The notes beneath the pieces are model-generated. The model was not told the DNA's origin, ran no database searches, and saw only the letters and a program-made list of their open reading frames with translations. From Conexivisphaerales archaeon (lineage in GTDB: Archaea; Thermoproteota; Nitrososphaeria; Conexivisphaerales; DTJL01), in assembly GCA_049509455.1 (NCBI GenBank), contig JBEKZX010000027.1, positions 1 to 20,569 on the forward strand: a stretch of 20,569 nucleotides of DNA, given 5' to 3'. Numbering within the stretch: the stretch's first letter is position 1; each line of letters starts with the position of its first letter. Shown here piece after piece: positions 1 to 8,297 of the stretch. The position numbers and the translations under genes were made by a program.

Positions 1-160
1 TGAAGGGCAAAACTTCTCCTGCTATGAGCTCGTTGATCAGGTCGTGAGATAGTCGCAGGTCCAATGGAAGGAATGCGAGTGCAAAGGTGGCTGAGGATAC
101 GACATAAGCTATCATGTAATACGGGAAACGTATGACGCCAGAGGGAGTAATCTCAGACAA
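1..160 (-). CDS. Hypothetical protein, 5' part only (runs off the left edge of the window)
   Basis: Open minus-strand frame from TTG at 160 (MSEITPSGVIRFPYYMIAYVVSSATFALAFLPLDLRLSHDLINELIAGEVLPF...) with a hydrophobic stretch. TATAAAT at 194-188 lies about 28 nt upstream. An alternative ATG is at 115. No family recognised. Confidence 0.35.
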   Translation of the reverse strand, partial: MSEITPSGVIRFPYYMIAYVVSSATFALAFLPLDLRLSHDLINELIAGEVLPF

Positions 161-263
161 GCGACGATACTCATTTGGAACGGCATGATTTATACGTGCC
201 GAGGTGTTGTGACTTGGGCCATATTGGGCTCCCCATCCCCATTGGAGTGCTCGTCGGGACTAT

Positions 264-304
264 CAGCTGAGTCCTGATTCAGTATCAGATTTGGTTCTTA
301 TCCT
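264..304. repeat. 41-bp imperfect direct repeat, copy 1
   Basis: cagctgagtcctgattcagtatcagatttggttcttatcct; 34/41 identical to 386-426, no indels. Confidence 0.8.
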
Positions 305-385
305 CGTAGACTCGAACCCTTGGCATGGTCAGGCGTACGAGCCCGATTTGCGGCACATGGCTAAGGACAAGTCCCTTCGGCCCAC

Positions 386-426
386 CAGCCGAGTCCTATT
401 TTAGAATCAAATCTGGTTCTTATCCT
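386..426. repeat. 41-bp imperfect direct repeat, copy 2
   Basis: cagccgagtcctattttagaatcaaatctggttcttatcct; 122 nt downstream of copy 1. Confidence 0.8.
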
Positions 427-568
427 GCCGGCGGCGGCCATGTCTCCATTTCTGCTGGGAGGGACCTTGGGTGGCCTATTGGTCACCATCAGAGCCTATT
501 CTGTAACCTTTCTGTCCAGGCTATGTCAGTCTAGTGAATTGAAGGTAAGACTCGTCAGAACCGGGGGC

Positions 569-802
569 CTACTCTTCGACCACTATCATCGTCAGAGTGG
601 AGCGTACCTTCTCCAGTCGCCTTATGTGCCAGGTGATGGTCTCCTTGACCTTCTCCATCGTGTCGGCTTCGACCTTTAAGATGAGATCGTACACACCGTA
701 CACCACGTAGACCTCCGTGACGTTTGTTATCTTCTTCACTTCGGAGACGAGCTCCTCCTCCGCGCCCAAGTCGGCGTTAATCAGGACGAAAGCCTTTGGC
801 AA
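569..802 (-). CDS. Stand-alone Lrp/AsnC ligand-binding (RAM) domain protein, no HTH
   Basis: 77 aa with the AsnC C-terminal pattern (KAFVLIN...V.EVYVVYGVYDLILKVEA...IRRLEKVRSTLTMIV); TTG start. Confidence 0.9.
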   Translation of the reverse strand: MPKAFVLINADLGAEEELVSEVKKITNVTEVYVVYGVYDLILKVEADTMEKVKETITWHIRRLEKVRSTLTMIVVEE

Positions 803-865
803 TACTATCTGCCTAGCAGATTAATAGAAGGTGATTTTAAGCATTTGGGAGAATCGCAGAGAAAA

Positions 866-1408
866 ATGAGCGATGAAAAGCCGGAAAAAGCTAAACTGTT
901 CGTGTTACACCTGCGGCAGGACGATCCTTCGAAGTGCACTGCGTCGAAGCTCAAGCGGCTGGGCATCGTGGGCCTCCTGCCTCGGCACAGCCGACGCGGA
1001 CTCCTCTTGGACCCCTACTGCGACAGGGCCATATCCCATGCCGACAGGGAGACGGTGCTCCTGGAAGGCCTCACGGCGATCGATGCCAGCTGGAAGAAGG
1101 CGGTGGAATCCTTCCGAGGTGCAGCCTGGAAAGGCGACCGTCGGCGGGCCCTCCCCTATCTCGTCGCAGCCAACCCGACCAACTACGGCATCCCGGTGAA
1201 CCTCTCGACGGCCGAAGCGCTGGCCGCGGGGCTCTTCATCGTGGGGCTCGGCGAACAGGCGGAGGAGGTCATGGGCTCTTTTAGGTGGGGTCACTCCTTC
1301 TTTGAGCTCAACCTGAAGTACCTGGAGGCGTACCGCAGGGCCGATTCCAGCTCCGGCGTCGTAGAAGCTCAGCGGGCATTCATGAGGGAGCTAGGCTTTG
1401 CAGTTTAA
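866..1408 (+). CDS. tsr3: rRNA aminocarboxypropyltransferase Tsr3 (DUF367)
   Basis: Motifs QDDPSKCT, IDASW, RALPYLVAANPTNYG, LSTAEALAA and F.WG.SF.ELN. The ATG at 866 is preferred over the TTG at 845 because TTTTAA lies at about 835-840. Confidence 0.93.
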   Translation: MSDEKPEKAKLFVLHLRQDDPSKCTASKLKRLGIVGLLPRHSRRGLLLDPYCDRAISHADRETVLLEGLTAIDASWKKAVESFRGAAWKGDRRRALPYLVAANPTNYGIPVNLSTAEALAAGLFIVGLGEQAEEVMGSFRWGHSFFELNLKYLEAYRRADSSSGVVEAQRAFMRELGFAV

Positions 1409-1410
1409 CC

Positions 1411-1417
1411 TTTAAAT
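1411..1417 (+). promoter_or_regulatory. TATA box, probable rnpB promoter
   Basis: TTTAAAT just after the tsr3 stop and about 35 nt before the predicted P1 helix of the RNase P RNA. Confidence 0.55.
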
Positions 1418-1452
1418 CGTGGAGAACGTCGGAGCTAGCCTGAGGATGTGAG

Positions 1453-1737
1453 CTGGTGGGCAGGTCCGGGGCGAATAGCCCTGAGGAAGCTCCTCCCTCC
1501 GTGCAGGAGACGCGGCGTTGAGAGACGCAGCGGGAGACCGCTGGCTCTGGAACAGAAACGACACCCGCGCCGGGAATGCCATGAAGGCAGAGATGCCGGA
1601 GAAATCCTGGATGAGGGATGAAACGGCCACCCCGCGTGGAGCAAGGTCAAATGGGGCTGATGACAAGCTCACTGCTGGAAGCCCGGGTAGACCACTAAGC
1701 TGAATCCCGCCTAGAACAGAAGGAGGGCTATGGCCAG
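1453..1737 (+). ncRNA. rnpB: RNase P RNA, archaeal, probably type A
   Basis: Conserved regions appear in the right order: GAGGAAGCUCCUCC, ACAGAAAC, GGAUGAAACGG, GAGCAAG, UAGACC...GAAUCCC, AACAGAAGGAGGGCUA. P4 pairs AGC(U)CCUCC with GGAGGGCU. Other helices: P3 gggc/gccc, P8 gcgt/acgc, P9 agcgg-GAGA-ccgct, P15 ggtc/gacc, termini ctgg/ccag. Ends are approximate. Confidence 0.93.
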
Positions 1738-1762
1738 GAAACATCCTCACTTCAAACCCCCA

Positions 1763-1807
1763 CTGATGATCAGGAAGAGTGCGGCGGTCGGTACCCCGCC
1801 TGCTGAG
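1763..1807 (+). ncRNA. Possible C/D-box sRNA
   Basis: UGAUGA at 1764-1769 and CUGA at 1803-1806, 33 nt apart, with an internal ggcgg/ccgcc hairpin. C'/D' boxes are not recognisable. Confidence 0.25.
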
Positions 1808-1831
1808 CTTCCTAACGACACGCGCTCTGTT

Positions 1832-2845
1832 TCATATCATCCTAACGGCGGCCAGTGACCTTACGGCCTGGACTTCCCCGTTGAGGAGGGCCCTCGGCAG
1901 TCTCCCGCTCAGCACGTCGATGATGTTCTGCGCGGCGAGTATCGCCATCCTGTTTCTGGTTTCCACCGTGGCGCTGGCCGCGTGCGGAAGGAGAACGACG
2001 CTGTCAAGCCCCAGGAGAGGCGAGTCCTTGGGAAGCGGCTCCCTCTCGAAGACGTCGAGGCCGGCGCCGGCGATCCGCTTCTCCTCCAGCGCAGCGGCGA
2101 GGGCCGATTCGTCGATGACGGCCCCCCTGCTCGTGTTCACCAGTATCGCCGTCCTGCGCATGAGAGAGAGCTCCCTTTCGCCGATCATGCCGCGAGTCGT
2201 GTCACTTAGGGAAAGGCTGACCGACACGTAGTCGGATTCCGACAGCAGCCTATGTAGGTCGGCGCGCTCCGCCCCCAGCTCGGCCTCTAGGGCGGGCTTC
2301 CTGTCTCGGCTGAAATAGAGTATCTTCATGCCGAACCCCTTCCCCCTTCTCGCTATTTCTGCCCCAATCCGACCGAAGCCCACTATGCCCAGAGTCTTGT
2401 CATGGAAGTCATGGCCTATCATGAAGCTCAGGTCGCTGTCGGGCTTCCACATCCCCTCGCGAACGTACCTGTCGCCGATGACGATGTGCCTTGACGCCGC
2501 CAGCAGGAGCCCCCAGGCGATGTCTGCCACGGCGCCGGACAGGACATCAGGAGTATGTGTGACATAGATTCCTCTGCGAGTGGCCTCGGCCACGTCGATA
2601 TGGTCGAAGCCCACGCTGTAGGTGGAGACGACACGGAGCCTCCGGGCCCGGCCGAACAGCTCGGCGTCTATGCGATCGTGCGGCGAACAGAGGAGAGCGT
2701 CGGCGCCATCTATCTTCTCGAGGAGCTCCGCTCGCCCCATCCTCGGGGCGTTCTCAGGAATGGACGGGCGCTCGCCTAGAGCCTCCTCCAGCTTGTCCAA
2801 CCCAGGCGCGGGCAGCCTGTAGGTCGAAAGTACTCGCGGCCTCAC
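1832..2845 (-). CDS. gyaR: D-isomer-specific 2-hydroxyacid dehydrogenase (glyoxylate reductase / D-glycerate dehydrogenase-like)
   Basis: SVGFDHID, THTPDVL, GIVGFGRIG Rossmann motif, catalytic NTSRG, GAGLDVFE.EP and LLPHAAS. The substrate is inferred from the family. Confidence 0.88.
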   Translation of the reverse strand: MRPRVLSTYRLPAPGLDKLEEALGERPSIPENAPRMGRAELLEKIDGADALLCSPHDRIDAELFGRARRLRVVSTYSVGFDHIDVAEATRRGIYVTHTPDVLSGAVADIAWGLLLAASRHIVIGDRYVREGMWKPDSDLSFMIGHDFHDKTLGIVGFGRIGAEIARRGKGFGMKILYFSRDRKPALEAELGAERADLHRLLSESDYVSVSLSLSDTTRGMIGERELSLMRRTAILVNTSRGAVIDESALAAALEEKRIAGAGLDVFEREPLPKDSPLLGLDSVVLLPHAASATVETRNRMAILAAQNIIDVLSGRLPRALLNGEVQAVRSLAAVRMI

Positions 2846-2910
2846 GGCGGCAAGTTGCGACGCGTTTCCATTAAAGAGTTTGGCGAGGTTTGTTAAGCGG
2901 AGAACCGGCG

Positions 2911-3519
2911 TCAGCGCGTTTCCGTAGGAGAGGCTCTGTAGCCCATGTCGAACGCCTTCAAATTGGGGGCCAGGGTTCTTTCAGGAACCAGCATCTTCAA
3001 CGCCTCGCCGTATTCAGATGGCTTGATGAGCTCCTTGGTGATCCCTGCGAAGAAACCCAAGAGGACGGCGTTCTGGTAGAGGGACCTCCCAGCCGTCGAA
3101 GCCATGCCCGCGGCGTCTAGGAAGAAAGCCTTCTTGCAGGTGGCGGATATGGAGGACCTTATCTCGGCCGGTGGAGGGTATTTCGCCTTCCCGCTGAATA
3201 CGGTCACAGGTGGAACCTGGAGCGTGCTGACGACGAGAGTGGTCCCGTCCCCGGCGTAGACTGATGACCTCAGCGCTTCTAGGAGCTCTAGGGAGATGAT
3301 GTAGTCGGCCTCCCCAAGGTCTATCAGAGGGGAGTGCACCTCCCTGCCGAGGCGGACAAAGGAGACCAGGGAGCCCCCTCTCTGGCTGAGGCCGTGGGTC
3401 TCGGTGACACGAACGTCCAATCCCGACAGCATGGCCGCGTTCCCTAGAATTTCTGACGTGAGGAGCACGCCCTGGCCGCCCACGCCTGAAACAACGATGG
3501 AAACAGGCCTTCCCTCCAT
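2911..3519 (-). CDS. iorB: Indolepyruvate:ferredoxin oxidoreductase beta subunit
   Basis: GVGGQG, ETHGLSQRGGS and NAVLLG...NLKAF..G motifs; starts 3 nt after the iorA stop. Confidence 0.93.
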   Translation of the reverse strand: MEGRPVSIVVSGVGGQGVLLTSEILGNAAMLSGLDVRVTETHGLSQRGGSLVSFVRLGREVHSPLIDLGEADYIISLELLEALRSSVYAGDGTTLVVSTLQVPPVTVFSGKAKYPPPAEIRSSISATCKKAFFLDAAGMASTAGRSLYQNAVLLGFFAGITKELIKPSEYGEALKMLVPERTLAPNLKAFDMGYRASPTETR

Positions 3520-3522
3520 ATG

Positions 3523-5394
3523 CTATGCGACTCCCTGGATTATCGCACCGTAGGGGCAGACTTCGGCGCAGAAGCCGCAACCCGTGCATGCGGCTGGGTC
3601 GATGGTCACCTTCGCCAACTTCCCTCCCTCCTCAGTCAGGGCGGGGATCAGCGCGGGGCAGCTCGCCAGCACGAGACAGGCATTGCAGTTGTTGCAGTTC
3701 TCGGCGACGACAGCGTATGGAGTGGCCTTCCGACCAGAGACCTTCAACTGTTGGCTTGTTAGGAGGGCGCAGGGCTGGCGGAGGATCATCACGGAGACCC
3801 CTCTCTCGTCCAGCATCTCTCGAATCTCTCTCTTCGATGCCTTGACCTGCAGAGGGTCAAGGACTCTTAGACTCTTGACGCCGCATGCCTTCACAAGGTC
3901 CTCGATGGAGACCCTCTCCGCCTCATGGAACTGTGAGTCCAGGCCGCTGGAGGGGTTGGGCTGAAGGCCGGTCATCGCGGTGATGAGGTTGTCAAGGATG
4001 ATCACCGCGAGGTCGTGCTTGTTCCACACCGCGTTAATGAGCGCAGGGATTCCAGCGTGGAGGAACGTGGAGTCGCCGATGACGGCGAGAGGCTTCAGCT
4101 TTGCTCCAATGGCAAAGCCCCCGGCTGCGCCGATGCTGAACCCCATGTCCAGCAGCACGTCGCCGACGTCGGTGGGAGACAGAGAGCCCATGCCGTAGCA
4201 TCCTATGTCGGACACGACCACCCGATTCTTGCCGGCCAGCGTCTTGATGAGATACATGGAAGCACGATGAGGACATCCCGCGCAGAAGACCGGGGGTCGA
4301 GCTGGGCCTGCTGGGATTGGCCGGCCGACCTTCTTCGCCTGGGGCACGCCTACCAGGGTAGCCATGGCCGAACGGACGTCGACGGGCATCAGCTCGCCCA
4401 CCGAGGGAATGCCCGCCTCCTTCCCCAAGATAACTGTCTTGAGGCCGTTGTCGTAGGCAAGCCTCTTGATCCGCGTTTCGAATATTGGGTCCAGCTCCTC
4501 GACGACAAGCACCCTCTTATGGGCCGAGAGGAACCTCACGATTGCTTCCTCGGGGAGAGGGTTGACCATGAGCATCTTCAGCACGTCAGGCTGCATTGGG
4601 CCCGGGAGCTCGGCGTCGAGGACATACGTCGAAGCGGAACCGGCACAGATGACGCCGTTCTCAGAACCCCTGTCGATGAGCTTGACGAATTCGGAGGAGC
4701 AGCTGACATCCTTGCACTTCTCCAGCTTCCCAAGAAGGATTTCATGAGCCCTCACAGGGTAGGGCGGTATGGCCGTGTACCTGCCTTTCTCCTTGACGAA
4801 CTCCTTCCTTGAAGGAGGCTCCCGCAGGTCTCCCAATACGACGGGTCCCCTGACATGGCTCACACGAATGTCCAGCCTGATGAGGACGGGCAGCTCCAGG
4901 GATTCGGATATTTCAGCGGCCTTCAGAACGCATTCCTTGACCTCCTGGGGATCAGATGGCTGTAGCATTGGCAGGTTGGCGAAATAGCCGTAGTTGCGAG
5001 TGTCTTGCTCGTTCTGGCTACTGTATGCGGAAGGGTCATCGGCCACAACGATGACTAGGGCCGACTTGGGGGCGAAGTACGGCAGGGCCATGAAAGTGTC
5101 AGAGGCCACGTTGAGGCCGACGTGCTTCATTGCGGTGATCGCCCTGAGGCCGTTCATGGCGGCGCCGGCGGCAGTGTCGATTGCGACCTTCTCGTTGACC
5201 GAGTATTCGGCGTGGATGCCGACGACCTTCGAGACCTCGGCGGCTACGTCTAGGACTTCGGAAGCAGGCGTGCCGGGGTATGATGTGAAGACGGTGAAGC
5301 CGGCCTCAAGACCGCCTCTTACCACAGCCTCGTTTCCCAGGAGCAGGAATTTCTGGCCTCTGGCTCCGTTCGAAATGACTGACGTGTCAACCAA
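3523..5394 (-). CDS. iorA: Indolepyruvate:ferredoxin oxidoreductase alpha subunit
   Basis: LLGNEAVVRG, SYPGTPASE, NEKVA, MKHVGLNVASD, RPPVFCAGCPHR, TPP-binding GDSTF..G...LDN, and a C-terminal two-cluster ferredoxin (CNNCNAC...CP, CTGCGFC...CP). Confidence 0.96.
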   Translation of the reverse strand: MVDTSVISNGARGQKFLLLGNEAVVRGGLEAGFTVFTSYPGTPASEVLDVAAEVSKVVGIHAEYSVNEKVAIDTAAGAAMNGLRAITAMKHVGLNVASDTFMALPYFAPKSALVIVVADDPSAYSSQNEQDTRNYGYFANLPMLQPSDPQEVKECVLKAAEISESLELPVLIRLDIRVSHVRGPVVLGDLREPPSRKEFVKEKGRYTAIPPYPVRAHEILLGKLEKCKDVSCSSEFVKLIDRGSENGVICAGSASTYVLDAELPGPMQPDVLKMLMVNPLPEEAIVRFLSAHKRVLVVEELDPIFETRIKRLAYDNGLKTVILGKEAGIPSVGELMPVDVRSAMATLVGVPQAKKVGRPIPAGPARPPVFCAGCPHRASMYLIKTLAGKNRVVVSDIGCYGMGSLSPTDVGDVLLDMGFSIGAAGGFAIGAKLKPLAVIGDSTFLHAGIPALINAVWNKHDLAVIILDNLITAMTGLQPNPSSGLDSQFHEAERVSIEDLVKACGVKSLRVLDPLQVKASKREIREMLDERGVSVMILRQPCALLTSQQLKVSGRKATPYAVVAENCNNCNACLVLASCPALIPALTEEGGKLAKVTIDPAACTGCGFCAEVCPYGAIIQGVA

Positions 5395-5624
5395 CCTGCT
5401 GACACCAGTTCGCCAGGGTCTGCCGCATCCTTAATTCACAACTTCTTAGCTATTAAGCTGCATAAAAGAGTTCTGCATCGGCTCGTCTCTGGCGATTGGG
5501 GCTGCCTTCAAGCGCGGACTGTCAGCGGAGGTTGGTTATGGGACTGGCCGACCATCCAAGGAATGTCTGGTTTGACCGTCTAGTGACAGACACTGTCTGT
5601 CCTTTGGGTTCAGCGTCCAGTCGC

Positions 5625-5964
5625 TCAACCGTTCCTCCCCGGTAATGTCGCCCATCCCGACCTAGTCAGGACGATGCTCTGGGTCCAGCCACGATACTCG
5701 GCGCAAGTGACTCCCGGCGGCAGATTTTGGACAGCCGAGACCACGCTGAGCGTCACCGTATAGGTCGTATATGAGCCTAGGAACTGGTCCCCCGAATCGT
5801 CGGACATCGTGTTCGAGAAGGGGTTGACGCTGCCCGTCAGGGGAACGTGAACCGATTGCACCGGGTCGCATACGTCCCCTAGCCTCCGCACTCAAGGTTC
5901 CCACGGTGTAGTTCGACCTTGGAGGCCCAACCTTCAACAGAGTCGTCATTGACCGTCCATTCAT
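5625..5964 (-). pseudogene. Possible decayed gene fragment (two overlapping frames)
   Basis: ORF 5625-5891 reads like a Thr/Ser/Val-rich beta protein (GSYTTYTVTLSVVSAVQN) but lacks a good start. The start of ORF 5662-5964 could be its frameshifted N-terminus. No family recognised. Confidence 0.2.
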
Positions 5965-6056
5965 GCCTCACGGTGCGACCTACGTGCGTTGTGGGAATAT
6001 GGGACAATCACAGGCGAGACTGAAGGCCGGTTCCCTGCTTCATCCCGGGTCTTCTG

Positions 6057-6977
6057 TTATGGTGCCTTGGGCTGCGTTCCAGGAATGTGAATCTGGAAGC
6101 GCTCTGCTATCAAACACGGGACGAGCGCGTAGATGGCTCCGCCTATCAGGTCAATGAGGTAGTGCTGGCCCAGGTACAGCGTGGAGAACAGGATTCCTGC
6201 TGTGATGGGTATGGAAACCAGCGCCAACCTTCTGTCCACCTTGATCATGAAATATGAGAAGATGATCGCGTACGCTGCGTGCAGGCTTGGGAAGGCCGCG
6301 AACTTGTCGGCGTCGACGAACGATTCGATTGAGAGAACTCCCTGCGGGAGTGCAGATACGTACGCGCTCTGGTACAGGTTGGTCGCCACCCCCTGATACC
6401 ACGGTGGTGCTGTCGGGATTAGGATGAACGTGACGAGCGCGGCGTATGAAGTCAGCACCATCGCCGTCACATATCTGCCAAAGAGCGGCTTCTTGGCGTA
6501 CCAGATAACGATGCAGGTCGCGACGACGAGAGGAAAGTGCAGTGAGTAGAAGATGCTCGTAACCGTGGTCATGGCAGGAGACTTCAATGCGGTTTGAATC
6601 CATCCCGTCACATTGAACCCCCAGATCATCTTGTCAACGTTGTAGACTGCGAAGATGTCTACGGACGCCGCCAGGGAGCCCACGGTCCCCTGAAGCGCTT
6701 CATATGAAAGGAGGATCGAGATGAAAGAAACCCAGTACTTCAACATTTGTTTCGAAGAGCCGAGGTAGGCGACGATGGGCACCGCGCCTAGGAAAAAGAG
6801 CGTCGGGAGGAGTGCTAGCACCTTCCCGTACACCAGATAGTAGATCAGAACGGCTACCGAGTACGCCAGCGGGAACAGAATGTAGAGATTGTTACGTAGG
6901 TGGACGCGTCCAAACGTGAGGACAAACAGCCGTTTGGAAAGTTCTCGAATCCCCTTGTCTCCGACCTTCGTTTCCAC
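6057..6977 (-). CDS. PAP2-superfamily membrane enzyme, AUR1/inositol-phosphorylceramide-synthase-like (PAP2_3)
   Basis: Multiple TM helices with the motifs PTAPPWY, FAAFPSLHAAYA and STLYLGQHYLIDLIGG. TTTATA on the minus strand at about 7025-7020. Confidence 0.88.
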   Translation of the reverse strand: METKVGDKGIRELSKRLFVLTFGRVHLRNNLYILFPLAYSVAVLIYYLVYGKVLALLPTLFFLGAVPIVAYLGSSKQMLKYWVSFISILLSYEALQGTVGSLAASVDIFAVYNVDKMIWGFNVTGWIQTALKSPAMTTVTSIFYSLHFPLVVATCIVIWYAKKPLFGRYVTAMVLTSYAALVTFILIPTAPPWYQGVATNLYQSAYVSALPQGVLSIESFVDADKFAAFPSLHAAYAIIFSYFMIKVDRRLALVSIPITAGILFSTLYLGQHYLIDLIGGAIYALVPCLIAERFQIHIPGTQPKAP

Positions 6978-7256
6978 CAGCTCCGTGCTTCTAAGCCAAA
7001 CACCTCTCCCTCCGCCGCATATAAATTCATGCGCTTCTTCTCCATCCCCGCTGCGTCCTCGAGTCGCGTCCGTGTCAAGGTTGTCTTGAAGCCACGGAAT
7101 ATATCTCTAGACGCGAACGTGCCTGTCTCTTATCCAAGCTTCAGTTATGAATTAGAGTTATCTGACTTTGTCAGATTGTGGGCATCCACAGGCCGGCAGT
7201 CCTGGCCTAAGGAACGTTGGCGGCCCATCGGTGAGTCACGCCTCCATCAACCCATT

Positions 7257-7296
7257 CTTGGGCGTCTATTGCTGCTGGAGAAGAAATCGATACCAT
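7257..7296 (-). repeat. 40-bp dispersed repeat, copy A
   Basis: Minus strand atggtatcgatttcttctccagcagcaatagacgcccaag; 33/40 to copy B, 31/40 to copy C. Confidence 0.85.
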
Positions 7297-7341
7297 CAAC
7301 TTCTGCTGAAGTGTGGGAATCCGCCGCAATTCCAGTCGTCG

Positions 7342-8115
7342 TTAGCCATTCGCCTTCCTCGCAACGATGAGACATCTGTGCCTTTCGGTCTCCACATAAC
7401 CTTTCCTGAGGACGATCTGATTCATCCTCTTGAGAGGCCTGAAGTATCTCTCGACCGAGAGATCGGGGACCTCCCAGGGTATGGCCTTCAGATAGTATAC
7501 AAGAGCACCGACGTCGTAGAATCGTGTGACTGCGAGTGCCTCCCTCTGGTCCTCGATGTCGAATCCTACGCCCTCCAGTTCCTTGACCGCTTCACGCTGG
7601 TTCCATGTGATGGTCGCAACGCCGTGCAGGCCGAGCGACCGGTACAAGCTGCCATTGTTCTTGGGTCCCACCTGTTGAGTTATGAACGTCCCACCCTTGC
7701 GCAGCACGCGGAACACCTCTGGGGCGGAGTAATCTTCGTGCCTATCTATGACGACGTCGAAGGTTCTATTTTCAAAGGGCAGATGTTCTCCTACTTTGGT
7801 CTTCACAACCTTGACGCCTAGGGGCTCAAGCCTGCGTTTAGCAACCTCGACATTAGGCACATAGCTCTCGGTGGCATAGGTCCTCGATGGGAGCGGGAGC
7901 AATAGAGAAAGGAGCTCACCACCGCCTGTTCCTATGTCAAGAAGGGAGCTGGCCTTGCGCGCTGCATTCAGCACGATGCTGGGGTAGTTCCACGGAAGAA
8001 GGCCCTCTTGCATCCTGCCGCTCGATGTGATGTAGGAGAAATCCCAACCCTGGAATGGACGTTCATATTCTGACTGCAGTACGGCGAGCAAGTCCCCTGA
8101 AGAATTCCTTGCCAC
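7342..8115 (-). CDS. Class I SAM-dependent methyltransferase
   Basis: Motif I LLDIGTGGGE, LPFENRTFDVVI and RVLRKGGTFITQQVG; N-terminal GWDFSY...LPWNY. Substrate unknown. Confidence 0.9.
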   Translation of the reverse strand: MARNSSGDLLAVLQSEYERPFQGWDFSYITSSGRMQEGLLPWNYPSIVLNAARKASSLLDIGTGGGELLSLLLPLPSRTYATESYVPNVEVAKRRLEPLGVKVVKTKVGEHLPFENRTFDVVIDRHEDYSAPEVFRVLRKGGTFITQQVGPKNNGSLYRSLGLHGVATITWNQREAVKELEGVGFDIEDQREALAVTRFYDVGALVYYLKAIPWEVPDLSVERYFRPLKRMNQIVLRKGYVETERHRCLIVARKANG

Positions 8116-8158
8116 AGACTGAGACCTTGCGTCCCCTTAGATAAAATGTCCCATCAAG

Positions 8159-8198
8159 CTTGGATATCTATTGCTGCTGGAAAGGAAATCAATATCAT
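8159..8198 (-). repeat. 40-bp dispersed repeat, copy B
   Basis: Minus strand atgatattgatttcctttccagcagcaatagatatccaag; 32/40 to copy C. Confidence 0.85.
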
Positions 8199-8297
8199 AA
8201 GACTCCCCGCCGAGACAACTTCAAGCCCGATCCCGAAGACTGGGGAACAAGGCGATGAGTTCCATCGCAGTATACCCCTTCGGCCTCTAACAGAGGA

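Noticed and set aside
264-426. CRISPR mini-array
   Set aside because: Only two copies, 7 mismatches, an 81-nt gap that is too long for a spacer, and no cas genes in the window.
1412-1750. ORFs 1412-1750 (-), 1435-1650 (-) and 1518-1703 (+)
   Set aside because: They overlap the RNase P RNA gene and show no protein motifs.
7131-8166. 11-bp inverted repeat (tatccaagctt 7131-7141 / aagcttggata 8156-8166) as IS ends around the methyltransferase
   Set aside because: Does not extend, has no target-site duplication or transposase, and is plausibly chance.
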